Source: Geosiphon pyriformis uo1
Taxonomy: Eukaryota; Fungi; Glomeromycota
Direction of reading: 5' to 3'
NCBI GenBank assembly: GCA_016748015.1
Contig: JAAOMT010000448.1
Span: 62,001-126,000 of the forward strand
Length of the DNA: 64,000 nucleotides
Part shown: positions 24,382 to 37,465 of the stretch, in pieces
Layout of the letters: the number at the start of each line of letters is the position of its first letter
Numbering within the stretch: position 1 is the stretch's first letter
Program-made: the position numbers and the translations under genes
Notes under the pieces: generated by a model
Databases searched by the model: none
What the model was told of the DNA's origin: nothing
What the model saw: only the letters and a program-made list of their open reading frames with translations

Positions 24382-25761
24382 ATGAACATACAAAAATATT
24401 AACAACTGCAACATTATATAAACACTCACCAGTTCAAGGAAAATTTATCTCAAATGGAATGAAAGAGTATCAAACAACAATCAAAATATTTTATCACTCA
24501 CTAAAATATATTTTATCGGAAAAATAAAAAAGATCCAGATCAACCAACCAGAGTAGTTATGGAACCAGAAAAAGAGACAATATTGTTCAACATGCACTTA
24601 AATTCAACAGCAGGACATTTTCACAAAGAAGCAACCATGGAAAAAACTAGAAAAAGATACTATTGGTCATTAATGTACCCAGACATCATTCAATATGTTC
24701 AAAATTGTGATGCTTGTCAGTGAAGAGGAGGAACAAAACCCAGTGAACCACTAAGACCAATCAAAATGGAACAACCATTTGACCGTATGAGAATTGATTT
24801 AGTCAGACCATTAACAATCACCAGCAAAGGAAACAAATACATAGCAGTAGCTATAGACTATCTCACTAAATGGCCAGAGGCGAAAGCAATTCAAAGAATG
24901 GATGCAGAATCTGTTGCCAAATTCGTTCATTAGAATATGATTTGTCGACATGGATGTCCAAAAGAATTATTATCAGATCAAGGAACTCATTTTGTGAACA
25001 GAACATTAACAGAATTAAGCCAAAGATTCGGAATCAAGAGACTATTATCATCATTATACCATCCACAAACCAACGGATTAGTAGAAAGATTCAACAGAAC
25101 ATTGTGTGAAGCAATAGCCAAACTCAGCCAAGAAAACCAGAACAATTGGGATTTGTTCATACCATCAATACTATTTGTTTATCGGACAATGAAACAAGAT
25201 ATTACACAAGCAACACCATTTGAATTAGTATATGGGAGAATAACAATGTTACCAGTCGAAAGAGAAATTAATACATATCCAGCTGAACCAATAATAGAGG
25301 AAAATTTTCAAGAAACATTGCTGAAAAGAACATATAACTTAATGGAAACATTGGAAAACAAATGAAGAGCAGCTGATAATATCCAAAAGTCACAAGAAAC
25401 ACAGAAAGAAAGACATGATAGTCAACTACCAGACAAACCAGTTGAATTCAAGATTGGAGACAAAGTATTACTACATCATACCAAAGCGGAGAAACAATGG
25501 AGCAGAAAATTTGACCCCAAATGAGATAGACCATTTCACATAGAAGAAATTCTAGAAAATGGAGCTTACAAATTAAGATTGGATAACAAAATTTTAACCA
25601 AAGCAGCACATGGAGATTGACTGAAACCATATCACAACATCACACTACCATCAACCAGTAATATTCTACAATTAGGAGTACAGAGAATACTAGTCCAACC
25701 AGATGAGATTCCACGAGATCTAGAACCAATTATTATTATCAACAACAACACATTAAATTGA
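24382..25761 (+). pseudogene. Element C integrase (460 codons, own ATG, nonsense codons)
   Basis: MNIQKY*QLQHY..H..GHF..CDAC..DYLTKWPEA..SDQGTHF..NGLVERFNRTL..RPF..LEPIIII, all in one frame. Confidence 0.92.
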
Positions 25762-25785
25762 TCCACCAAAAGAATATATAAAGAC

Positions 25786-26445
25786 ATGGTAGACACGACA
25801 GGAAATATCAGAAAAATAGAAATTACAGACAACATTCACTCACTAACACAACAACTCTTTCAATTAATCCAACACCAGGAAATGAAGATTACAATCAATC
25901 AACAAACCATTCAATATCAAGATACTAGAAAAACATTTTAACTCAGAACACAGAAGAAAACTGAAAATACCATGGACAAAATCATGGTGAAAGTAAAATT
26001 AGCAATAAAAAAATCGATAAAAGAGTTACTATATCAAGAGTTAACTAAAAAAACTTGGAATTGGTGAATACAACAATTCCCATGAAACTATTGTTATTTT
26101 TACTTGGGACAACATGTAAATATTCAGAATCTATATACGGATAAAACAAAGCAATTATTTAACAAAAGAATACTACAACAATTAGAACATTTTGTGGGAA
26201 AGAACAACTTATCCACACAAGCCTGAACAATATACCAAATATACACAGCATTTCAAGATAAACCAGAAATATTACACAACAGAGCAATGGATATGGTTAC
26301 AAGTAATCAACTGGAGAAAATCACCAATGCTCAATTTGAAGAATTACAGACCCAAATAACACAAGTAATTCTTGAAAATGAAATCCAGGAAATACTTCAA
26401 GAAGGGAAATTACATGAGTTAGATTTTGACAAAGCTCAATATTAA
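25786..26445 (+). pseudogene. Element C ORF3 (219 aa, four nonsense codons, no frameshift), function unknown
   Basis: ATG 25786 to TAA 26445 in one frame: MVDTTGNIRKIEITDNIHSLTQQLFQLI..NYCYFYLGQHVNIQ..TIYQIYTAF..FDKAQY. Each internal stop is one C>T or G>A change from a sense codon. Confidence 0.82.
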
Positions 26446-26459
26446 AAAGGAGAGAATAA

Positions 26460-27280
26460 TATTACTCATAGAAATATAGAAAATATATTAGCATAATTAT
26501 TAGCCAATTAGAAGTAAGCATAATAAATGTGGAATTCTAAGATTCCTCTCAGGAATCGCAGGATTCCAGAAATTTCAGGATTTCCAACGAGAAATTCCAG
26601 GATTCCTGTCGTGAAGAATTGAGGAATTGAGGAATCTCAATTATGTATATATAGCAGTAGTATTAGAAACAGAAAAGACAGAATTGATACCACAAAATTC
26701 TTAGCCTAAAAACACAAATCATCAAATAAATAATTATTCCATATCTCAACCCACTCTCCACTATCAACACTTTATGTTGATAGTAATTGATACTTGACCA
26801 CACTGGAACAATAGCTCTTGATCACAGCTATTGACAGGATACTAATCTGCAAATTGCCTTGGCTTATTTCTTTTCTTTCTTTATTTTTCTTTTATTTCTT
26901 TTATTTTATTTTGTTGTTGTATACTAATTGATTAAAAAAGATTAAGCACTGAGTTATTGACGTCAAGAATAGCCTGGTAAAAGACCCAGAAATAAGGGTA
27001 GAATTATATATTATCGGATAGCTTACCAGAAGGGCATGACTGCCAGACTAAATCCGGCCACCATGCTGAGAAAAAAATTGGAAAAACTCTTGAAAAGATA
27101 CATCTATTATTGACACTATTGAATTTCTGTCTATTATACAAAGGACTCAACCAAAACCTTTAGACCCATCAAAACCTTCAGATACAACATCTTCAGATCA
27201 CTATCAACTGCTATTAGCTTTAAGCACCAAGTTACAGGTTTGTTATTTAAATTCAACAGCAGAAATAATCACCTGTAACA
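26460..27280 (+). repeat. 3' LTR of element C
   Basis: Direct repeat of 17221-18041, preceded by the PPT AAAAAGGAGAGAATAA. Confidence 0.97.
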
Positions 27281-27284
27281 GCGA

Positions 27285-28362
27285 TCAGTTGCTGTTGTTG
27301 TATTGGTGGTTGAAGTGATTGTTGCAGTTGCTAAACCAGTTGCTAAATAAGTTGCTGTTGAAGGGGTATTTGCTGCTATTGAATCAGTTCAATAATTGGT
27401 TCAATTGGTAGCTGATTAATGACAATATTCGAAGATAAGTGTGGTTGATTAATTACTTCAGGGTTTAAATTGTTTTAGTTTGGTGGCAGTTGAATCTGTA
27501 GAGTTTCAATTTCGGGGTTTTCCAAATTTGGATTTCTCAGAGTTTGAATGTTCAGTGTTTTAAATCCTGGGTTTTCTGGGATCAGATTTTGATAAGTAAA
27601 TTCTTGATTCTCAAATTCTTCCTCTTTTTTGTCTTCTTGTTCTTCTTCCAATTTGGTGATTTCCTAAGGACTCACAATTCCAAAATCTGGTTGTGGTGGC
27701 GGGGATCAAAATCCTGATAATATTGGCAATTAAAATTTAAATCTTTCAAAGTATTCGCCATATGGTCCTAATAAATTCTCTTTCTTTTGTTTACTTTGAA
27801 ATGGAAATTTTCCAAATGCTGATGTCATAGTTGCTGTGGATGTGCCTGTTAATGTAATATTAATGGCACTTCTGAGTATATAGTGATATGATAGTTTGAT
27901 TGGTGATTCAACCTTTGTTTTCTTCCAAGTAGGTGGTTGTATTTTTTGGGATGTTACTGCTGGTGTTTGTAATTTTCTTTTACCTTTACTTATGTAAGTA
28001 ATTGGGTATCTTTACTGTGTGTGATATTCGATTTTTTTGTTGATTTTAGTGATGATGGATGTGAAATTATGATTTGTTAGTAGGCTGGTGTTTTGAATTA
28101 ATTTGTTGTAAAAAGTTTCCCTTGCTGATTCAATATTTACTGATGTACCCAACAAATATGCAATTCTCTCATTGATGTAGAAATTGAAGACTGATTCTGC
28201 TGATATGTAATTATGATTCAACCCTAAATGTTGGCAATAATGTTGGAATAAGAATTTCGCAAATCCTAAATGGTTTTCTCCTATGCTTTCTAATTCTGCC
28301 ACTTTTGGATGAGATTGTTGGTGTTGGTTCTCTGTAGGATTATATCTCACAGGGAGCACCAA
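27285..28362 (-). pseudogene. Element B Gag N-terminal region
   Basis: ORF 28012-28362 (VLPVRYNPTENQH..NHLGFAK) is homologous to 18043-18598. It continues to the element C insertion point. Confidence 0.88.
28345..28361 (-). promoter_or_regulatory. Primer binding site of element B (TGGTGCTCCCTGTGAGA)
   Basis: Starts with TGG 2 nt after the 5' LTR. The same motif follows the 5' LTR of A, C, D and the LTR at 41769. Confidence 0.85.
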
Positions 28363-28363
28363 A

Positions 28364-29191
28364 TATTACAGATGATTATTTGAGGTCTCAAATCAAATAA
28401 CAAATCCGTAACTTGGTGCTCAATATCTTAACAATGCTGGTGATACTGGCATATTGGTTGTATCTGAAGGTTTTAGAGTTGAGTCTTTTATATAATAGAC
28501 AGAGATTCAGTGGTAATAGTTTTATCCATAGCTTCTCAAAACCGCAGTTTTATCAATTTTTTTTTCAGCTTGATGGCCAGTATTCCTCCTAATAAGCTAT
28601 CTTCAATCGAGTGTCCTACTCTTATTTCTGGGTCTTTTACTAGTGCTATCTCCTGATGTCAGTACCCCACATGTTAATTCTCAATAAAGTTAGTAATAAC
28701 AATAATTAAGACAAAAAAATAAAAGAAATGACATAAAGAAATAAGCCAAGGCAATATGCAAGTTAATATCTGTTAATAGCCATAATCAAGAGCTATTGTT
28801 CCAGTGTGGTTAAGTATCAATTGCTATCAACATGGAGTGTTGATAGTGAAGAATAGATTGAGATAGTGAATAATTATTTATTGATATTTGTAATATAGAA
28901 GGTTTCTACTGATGGATTCTGTTTTTTCTACTTCTAATACTACCACTATATATACATAATTAATGTTCTATGAGATTGCTCATATTTCCGAGTGATGTGC
29001 TATGATTTCTTGAGCAATGCTCACATTGCTGAGTGATGTGCTCTAATTTTCTAATATTGCTCCACATTACTGAACAATGTGCCATGATTTCTGACATTGC
29101 TTCATATTGCCAAGTAATGTGCTCATATGTTAAATACTATTCTCTTATTGGTCTGCTATTTTCTCTATCTGTTTTCTTTTTATGAGTAACA
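28364..29191 (-). repeat. 5' LTR of element B (828 bp)
   Basis: Direct repeat of 8228-9081, adjacent to the PBS. Confidence 0.95.
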
Positions 29192-29239
29192 ATACATTGA
29201 TTTTTTATATATACTGTTCTTATAGATTAATTTAATGTA

Positions 29240-32200
29240 TTTGTGTTAATAATTATGATTAATTCTAGATCTTATGAAATTTTATCTGATTGAACTAGTA
29301 TTTATTGTACTTTTAATTATGAAATATTACTGGTAAATAATAATGCTATATTGTAATATAATTTTAATTGATCTCTATGTGCTATTTTAATTAAAATTTT
29401 GTTGTTTCATCTTAATTTATAAGCTTTATTTTCTAGAATTTCTTCAATATGAAATGGTTTGTCTTATTTGGAGTCAAATTTTCTATTTTATTGTTTTTCT
29501 GCTTTGATACAATATAAAAATACTTTGTCTCTAATCCTGAATTCAATTGGTTTATCTGGTAATTGGTTATTATGTTGTTTTTTTTGTTTTGCTTGTAACT
29601 TTTGTATATTATTAGCTGCTTTTTGCCTTTTGTTTTCTAGAGTTTTTATTAAATCATATGTTTTTTTCAACAATGTTTTTTGAAAGTTGGCTTCTATTAT
29701 TAATTTCATTAAATATGTATTAATATCTATCTTAACTGATAATATTGCTGTTTTATTATAAACAAGTTCAAATAATATTGCTTGTGTAATATCTTGCTTT
29801 ATTATTTAATAAGAAAATAATATTAATAGTATAAACAAATCTCATTCATTTTGGTTTTTTATTAATTTTAGTTATAATATTCTATTGAATTTTTTAATTA
29901 AGCCATTTGTTTATGAATGATATAGTAATAATAATAGTCTCTTAATTTTAAATCTTTAACTTAATTCTGTTAATATTCTGTTCACAAAATGAGTTTTTTG
30001 ATCTAATAATAATTTTTTTGAACATTTATGTTAATAAATCAATTTTTGATGGATGAATTGAGCTATAAATTTTGCATCTGCTTTTTAAATTGCTTTTGTT
30101 TCTGGCTATTTTGTAAAATAATTCATAACTATTGCTATATATTAATTATTTCTGCTGGTTATAATTAATGATTTAACTAAGTTAATTCCAATTTGATTAA
30201 ATAGTTGTTCTACTTTAATTGGTCTTAGTGGTTTACTGGGTTTTGTTTCTTTTCTTTTCTGACAAACATTATAATTTTAAATATATTGAATAATATCTAG
30301 ATACATAGATAATTAATAGTATTTTTTTCTGGTCTTTTTTATGATTGCTTCTTTATAAAAATGTCTTGTTATTAAATTTAAATACATGTTAAACAGTATT
30401 GTTTCTTTTTTTGGTTCTGTGATTACTCTGAGTAATTGATCTGAATCTTTTTTGTTTTTTTGATATAATATATTTTAATAAGTAATAAAGTATTTTAATT
30501 GTTGTTTTATGTTGTTTTGTTTTTTTTGAGATAATTTTTGCTTAAACTATTAAGTATTGATATAGTTTTGGAATTATTGGTATTTTTGTGTGTTTATTTT
30601 TTGTTATATTTTTGGGTTGAAATGTTTTTAGATTTGGCTTATTTACAATAAACTGTTAGCATTTCTATTTTTTTTTCTCTTTTTATAATATATAATATAA
30701 TTAAATAGTAATAGTTCTATTTTCTATTTTGTATAGTAATTATCTCCAAATTTTTGCTTTTGGATTGATGTCAATCCCTTGTGATCAGTGTATATATTAA
30801 ACCTTTGACTCAAGTATTTTTTTCATTTAATAACAGTTTAATAAATAGTTAAGTGTTTTAATGCTGAAATTTCATAGTTCTTTTTAGCTGAACTTAAATT
30901 TTGACTGGCATATGTTACTAGATGTTTTTGTCTATTTGTTTCTTTTTGTAATAATATAGTTTCTAATGCTTGACTGAATATATCTGTGATAATAATAAAT
31001 AACTTGTTGTGATTTAAATAAATCAATACTGAGACTTAGATAAGCTTTTTTCTCAAGATATTAAAAGCTTTTTGTTAGATTTTAGTCCATTCATATTTAA
31101 CATTTTTTTCTTAAAACTAGTGAAGTGGTTAAGCCAGTTTAGAGAAATTTTGGATAAAACAGTAATAGTATTTAACAAATCCCAAGAATGCTCTTAATTT
31201 TATTAAGTTTTTTAATACTAAAAAGTTCTTAACTATTTCAATCTTGTCTGAATCTGTTTTTATGCTATCTTTGCTTATAACATGTCTTAAAAACTTGAAT
31301 TTGGTTTTGCCAAAAATACTTAATGGTATTTAATTTTAGCCCTGTTTATTTTAATTTTTTAAACATTTGTTAAAGATAATAAAGATAATTATTGAATGTT
31401 TTTAAAAACATATTGATGTCATTTAAATAAACTACTATTAATTTCCATAGTAATCCAGTATAAATAATTTCCATGAGCTGTTAGCAAGTAGCTGAAATAT
31501 TGATTAAGCCAAATGACATAACATCAAATTCAAATTTTTTTTTTTGATAATGAATGCTGTTTTTTTTTTGTTAACTGAATTCATAACTACTTGTTAGTAA
31601 TCACTATCTAAGTGCAATACTAAAAACTATTTTTTTCTCTGAAAGCATCAAATAATTTCTGGATTCATAAAGTTGGATAACTGTTTTCACAAGTAATACT
31701 GTTAAGTTTTTTGTAATTTACACAAAAGCAGATTTTTCTATTTTTTTTTGGATAAATACTACTAATAATAACTATGAATTCATTGATGATTGAATTAATT
31801 CATTGTCTAACATTTTGTTTATTTTTTGTTAAATTATCTCATGACTGGCTGGTAGTACTTTATATGTTTTTTGTTTAATTGATATCACATTTTTAGTTTT
31901 AATCTGGTGTTGAATAATATTAGTTTTGCCAAATTTGTTTTTATTGGCAAAGATATTAGTAAAGTTGTTGAGTAGCATTTTAAGTTGTATTTGTTAAGAT
32001 GGGTTTAGATTTTTTAAGTTTATTTGTTTCAATTGTTCTGGTTGTAACAAATAACATTTTTTTTGTTTATATATAGTTTGTAATATAATATTCCAATATC
32101 TACACAATTGTAAAAAATATGAAATAGTAGTTGGTAATTGGTTCTTAATTTCAGTGCTTAAGTATTTGATAGTAGTTTTACTTGGTATTTTTATGAGATT

Positions 32201-35200
32201 TTTAATTGTGTTGTATATTGAAATCTTGATGTATTTGTAGTTTTTGGCTGGTATGTAAAGATTAATGATGCCAATTTTTTCTGATTCACAAATGTTTGTT
32301 TTAGTTTTAAAGATCTGAAGTTGATCTTTCACTTTCTTTTTTATAATTAATATATACTGGTCATATGGTGAAATAAAAATTGATAATAAGTAGAAATAAT
32401 TTTTCTTTTATTAATTGTTTTCTCTTTTGTTATATTAACTAATATTTCTAATTTACTTGTAAATTCGAATCTTTTTATCTTTTTAGCTGTAATCTCAACA
32501 CTAACTAAGCTATTTTAACCAGAAGTAAGAATATTGTTCATGCTATTTTTTTGTTTGGTTTAATAGTATATCCTTTTTTTGAATTATTTTGTAACATTGC
32601 AATAATATTTTATATATATTTTGTATTAATTATTCTTTTTTTAATATTGATTCTTTTTTTTACTAAACTAAATCTCAATACTAATTGGATCATTATTGTT
32701 GCCAGAATTTTCAGTATTAATTTTAAATTTATGCTGGTACACAAATAAAGTTACAATCTGATGACAGTTTTTCCTAAATACTTAAGATCAAATTTTGTAT
32801 TAATATTATGTGTATGTTTTAACAGGATATTTTTACCATTATTGCTGAATTATTTAAGTTCCTGTTCTATTAAAAAATCTAGAAGTATAATATATTATTT
32901 GGAAGTTTTTATTAAAGTTTGAATTATTGTTGTTATTGTTGCCATAGTAAATAGAGTTAGAACTGTTGTTGTTGTCATTATCAAAATCGAAATTATAATT
33001 AAATTTCAACTCTAATTTTGATGCATATTTGTTGATTGGTTTTTTTCTTCAGAAATCAAATAAATTATGTACAGTAATAAATTGTGAATAAGATTACAAT
33101 TGTCACAATATTTAAAGTTACTGAAAATTAGACAATGTTTACAAAATCTTATGTTTAATTGTTCCAAATACTGTTTTTGCTTTTTTTTAGTTGGTGCTAA
33201 ATTTTGGTAGTATTCATAGAATTGTTTTGATCACTCAAAATATCAATAAATGCATCTGAATTAAAAATAAAAATAGTCTTAACAGATTCTAGTAAGTTGG
33301 TTTTAATAGTGAGTATTTTACTAAATAAAACACTTTTGACTTTAGCACTTATTATTTACCAGATTTCATTTTCATTATGTAAATAGCCATTCAAATATGA
33401 AAGTACTCAATTCTATGTGACATTGAAAGACATTTCTTAACTTACTTAGTTGTTTATAAGAATCAGATATTGACATAAAGTGTCATATATTTCTTCTTGA
33501 CCAAAAATATTGTTTTACATTTTTTTATTGAGTAATTTTTTCTTACAAGTAAACATGGTTTGTTGTTCCACTTTTCTTGTCATTTTGAATATCTGAAATA
33601 TTTTTAGTGGTATGGTTTGCAGTAGTAGTAAGTACATGTCTAGTAGTTTTTTTTAGGTAAAATTCAAGCTTCCATAAAAAAAAGCTTTTTATTACAGTCA
33701 ATATATCAAAATAGAATATATGTGGTTGTTTTTTTGTGTTAACAAAGTAGAATTTATTCTATTCACTGGTTATTTTTTTGGTATTTATAATGGCTTCTGG
33801 TTTGTTTTTTTCTTTTTTTTTATCATTTCAAGAGAATATTGGTAATAATTTATTGTACTCATTTTCAGTCCATGAAATTTAATAGACTTTTTAAATAGAT
33901 TTTTTTTTCTTTCTCCAACTTAATTAATAGTTGCTTTTTTAAAGAAGCTTTAAAGTATTCACAGATGGCAAGTACTTAAGTATATTAATTATCAAATGTT
34001 AATTGAAGCTTCTAAGTATTCTAGTTAAGTATAGTATTGGTCTTAGACAACTAATCATTATCAACAAAAGCTTGGTACTGCATAATTTCTATTATCAACA
34101 TTTTGATTAGAGTAACAATACCATTAACATTGAAAAAAAATCATTAATTTCACTAATTAAAGTCTTTATTACTTTATTAGCAGTAATAATTTTGGTGTTA
34201 ACAGCATGATCAAATCAATAACTTAATTGGTTTATGAGTTGTCATGTAATAATGCTGTTTGCTAAACTGTTATCAAGAATTAGCTTGATAGATTGGCCAT
34301 TAATTTTGGCATCTGTGTATATTGTGGTAATTAATTTAATGTTAAAAGTGACTTTACTAAATAAAGATAGTATTGTCAATTCTTTTACTTCAAAAAGAAA
34401 TATGGCTGTGAGTGACTCATCTTTAATAACAGTTGCTAAAGAAATGTTGTTAGTAAGTGGTATTTATAAGTCTTTCAAGTTGTTAGATAAGTTAATTTCT
34501 GGAGTAATCAAAAGACTTGAATAGTTTCGGGTTTTGGGTGTATTCATTTCTCAAATTCTACTGGTATAATTTAAATGACTGGTTTAATAAACTGGAAATT
34601 GGTTGGTGTATTACCATTACCAATCTTCAATTCTGCTAAATGTGAATGATTTTCAGTTTTGAATTTCTGATTAGTATTAATACAATTATTTAGAGTAATG
34701 CTTAAATTTGCTGGAATTGATAAATAACTTATAACTGTGACTAATATATTATTAGTGCTGAAGTTTAATATACTGGAGATAAATATATTGATTATTGTAT
34801 TATTGAGGTGTAATAAGACTAATATTAATATTGTTCTTAATTTAAGATATAATTTGAAGTTTGAAACCAATAATTGAGATTTTAATATTAATTTCCTAAT
34901 TATTGGTTATTAAATCTAGAGTGGTAATCTGCTTTTAAATGACTTTGTTTACTATAATAATAGCAATTATATATTTTCTGTTGTCACAGTTGATTTAATA
35001 ATAATAAACATGATTAATTTTAGAAACAAATAAAGTTTTTTTAATTGTCACAACATTGTAAAGACTAATAAATATCTTGATTGTTAGCTTAATATTCCTT
35101 GATTTTCTGATTGATGGCTTTACCAAATTGTTTCAATTTGGTATTCAATTTAGATAATTTGTTCATTACTAGATTTATAGTTTAAGCATAATTGGCTTTA

Positions 35201-36620
35201 AGTTCAGTTAATTCAAAATTTCTGGTGTATATAACTGTGTCTTAAAAAGTATTTGGGTGTATTGAACATATTCATTGTAACAAGTTGCTGCACAATCTGC
35301 AAATAAACTGGTTCAAAATCTGTGCTGCTGTAAAGTAATCAGCTTGAATTATCTGAATTTGGTACAGATTCCTATAGAAATATTCTAAATAAGTAGTAAT
35401 TGCTTTAGTATTATTTTGTTTAATTGTGATAAAATTAGTTAATAACTAGTTGATACTGTTGTAATTACTGAAATATTGTAGAAATGCAGTTTTGAACAGA
35501 TCAAAATCTTAAGATTTGTTTACAAAATTTTGATACTATAAGTTAGTAATATCTTGAAGAAAGTATAGAATAGCTTGAATTGCTCTAATATTATTTTATC
35601 TATTGGCTGCAATGGTTTTTTTCATATTATTTAGCTATACTTAAACAGTATTTTTTTTGCTGGTAAACTTTTCTAGTTTGACAATGAATGTATATATTAT
35701 TAATGCAAATTGTTATGATTGTGGCTGTTATTAAAATTGTGATTATGATATGGCAATAGATATAACTAGTAAATTGATTATAATAATTGAAAGTAAATAT
35801 TGCTAAAGAATAAAAATGGAATTTGGATTGTTCTGGTTTTTTAGAGTTTGAACAATCAGAGTTATGATTTCTGAATTAATTAGAATTAGGTTTTAATTAT
35901 TATTTCTCTGATTACTGTCTTTTTTTTCAATTTGGTATATTTTTAATAACTGGTAGATCCAAAATTTGATTAAAGTGGTAGTAATTAAAGTTTTAATGAT
36001 GTTGTTAGTCATAATTTAAATTCTTTAAAAAAATTGCTATAGATTTCTAATAATTTGACTTTTTCCTAATTATTTTAGAATAAAATTTGAAATAATGGTG
36101 TTTTTGTAATTAATAATAATATAAATTCTAATAGCATATATATAGTACTTTCTAATATATAATAATATGATAGATAAATAAGTAAAATAACTCTTGGTTT
36201 CTTCTAAGTAGATAATTGTATTTTCTTTAGTATTTTTACTGATGTTTGTAATTTTCTCTTGTCTGTAAAGATAATAAAAAATTTCTGCTGGATGTACTTC
36301 TCAATTTTTCTGTTTATTTCTGTAATTAGTAGTATAAACAAATAGTTTAATAAAAGTATAGTGTTTTAGAATAATTTACTGTAGAAATTGTTAAAGATAG
36401 CTTCTGGATTTTTTTGTCTCCTAAGTAAAATTTAATTTTTTTATTGACATAAAAATTGAAAGCTAATTCTGTTGACCAATAATTACTTGTTAGTTCAAGG
36501 TAAATTTGGTAATATTAAAATAAAAATTTCACAAATCTTAAATGATTTTCTCTTATGATTTTTTAGTTTGCTACTTTTCTGAATAGTTGATATTGGTATT
36601 GGTTTTTTGTTAAATTATAT
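29240..36620 (-). pseudogene. Element A gag-PR-dUTPase-RT-RNaseH and integrase, heavily mutated
   Basis: ORF remnants 29488-29709 (IN), 30838-31026 (RNase H) and 31994-32332 (post-dUTPase) are colinear with elements B and C. Confidence 0.85.
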
Positions 36621-36638
36621 CTTACAGAAAGCACTAAA

Positions 36639-37461
36639 TGTTATAGATAATTATTTGAAGTGTTAATACAAATAATAAACCTGTAACTTGGTGCTCAATA
36701 ACTAGTAGTGTTGATAATTTTTAAAGATTTTAAAGTTTAAAAGTTTTGGTTGAGTTCTTTGTATAATAGATAGAGATTCAATTGATAGTTTTTTTAATGA
36801 ATTTTTTTTTTCAGCATAGTGGTCAGTTTATTTTAACAGTTATGCTTTTCTGGTAAGCTATTCTTAAATTTTTACTCTTATTCCCAAATTTTTTACCAAG
36901 TTATTCTTAACATCAAATACTTAATGCTTAATTTTTTTAATTAATTAGTAAACAACAAAAATAAAAATAAAAATAAAATAAAAATAAAATAAAATAAAAA
37001 AAATTAGTATCTTGTCAATAGTTATAATCAAGAATTATTAGTTCAATATGATTAAGTGTTGATAGCATAAAAGTATTTAATATTTTTAATTAAACAATAA
37101 TAACATAAATTGAATGATAATTAAATATTTTTATTAATATAAATGTGTTTCCATTTCAAGTTATAGAAAACTATCTTTTAAAAAGAGTGTATTAAGATTC
37201 TGAACTCTATTAAATTCTAAATACTTTTTTTGTTTTTAATATTCTTACTATATATACATAATTTGTGTTATATGAAATTTTTAGAAATTCTGCAATTTTT
37301 TGAAAAAAATTCTAAAATTTAAAATTTTGGAATTCTGCAATTTCCTGAGAAAAATTCTGGAATTTTGAAATTCTGGAATTCAGTAATTTCTTATTTTACT
37401 ATATTTATTTCTAATTGGCTATTTTATCTATTTTTATAATTCTTAATTTTTATAAGTAACA
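36639..37461 (-). repeat. 5' LTR of element A
   Basis: TGTTA..TAACA termini. Followed on the minus strand by TT plus decayed PBS TAGTGCTTTCTGTAAGA. Confidence 0.88.
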
Positions 37462-37465
37462 ATAC

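Larger units (their letters stand above)
17221..27280 (+). mobile_element. Full-length Ty3/Gypsy LTR retrotransposon C (10,060 bp, family 1), inserted in the gag of B
   Basis: 821-bp LTRs 17221-18041 and 26460-27280, ~94% identical by manual alignment with no indels. TSD GTGA/GCGA. PBS 18044-18060, PPT ~26444-26459. PR-RT-RH-IN order. Confidence 0.97.
8228..29191 (-). mobile_element. Ty3/Gypsy LTR retrotransposon B (family 1, distinct U3 subtype), interrupted by a solo LTR and element C
   Basis: LTRs 8228-9081 and 28364-29191. TSD ATGC (8224-8227) / ATAC (29192-29195). PBS 28345-28361, PPT ~9082-9096. Complete domain set. Confidence 0.95.
6743..37461 (-). mobile_element. Ty3/Gypsy LTR retrotransposon A (oldest copy of family 1), interrupted by element B
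   Basis: Paired LTRs 6743-7554 and 36639-37461. Decayed PBS 36620-36636, PPT ~7555-7570, probable TSD ACAC (6739-6742) / ATAC (37462-37465). Decayed gag-PR-dUTPase-RT-RH-IN at 29240-36620. Confidence 0.9.

Noticed and set aside
25600-25761. Chromodomain at the integrase C-terminus
   Set aside because: IN ends shortly after the GPY/F module at LEPIIII, with no Y.VKW.G-type motif.
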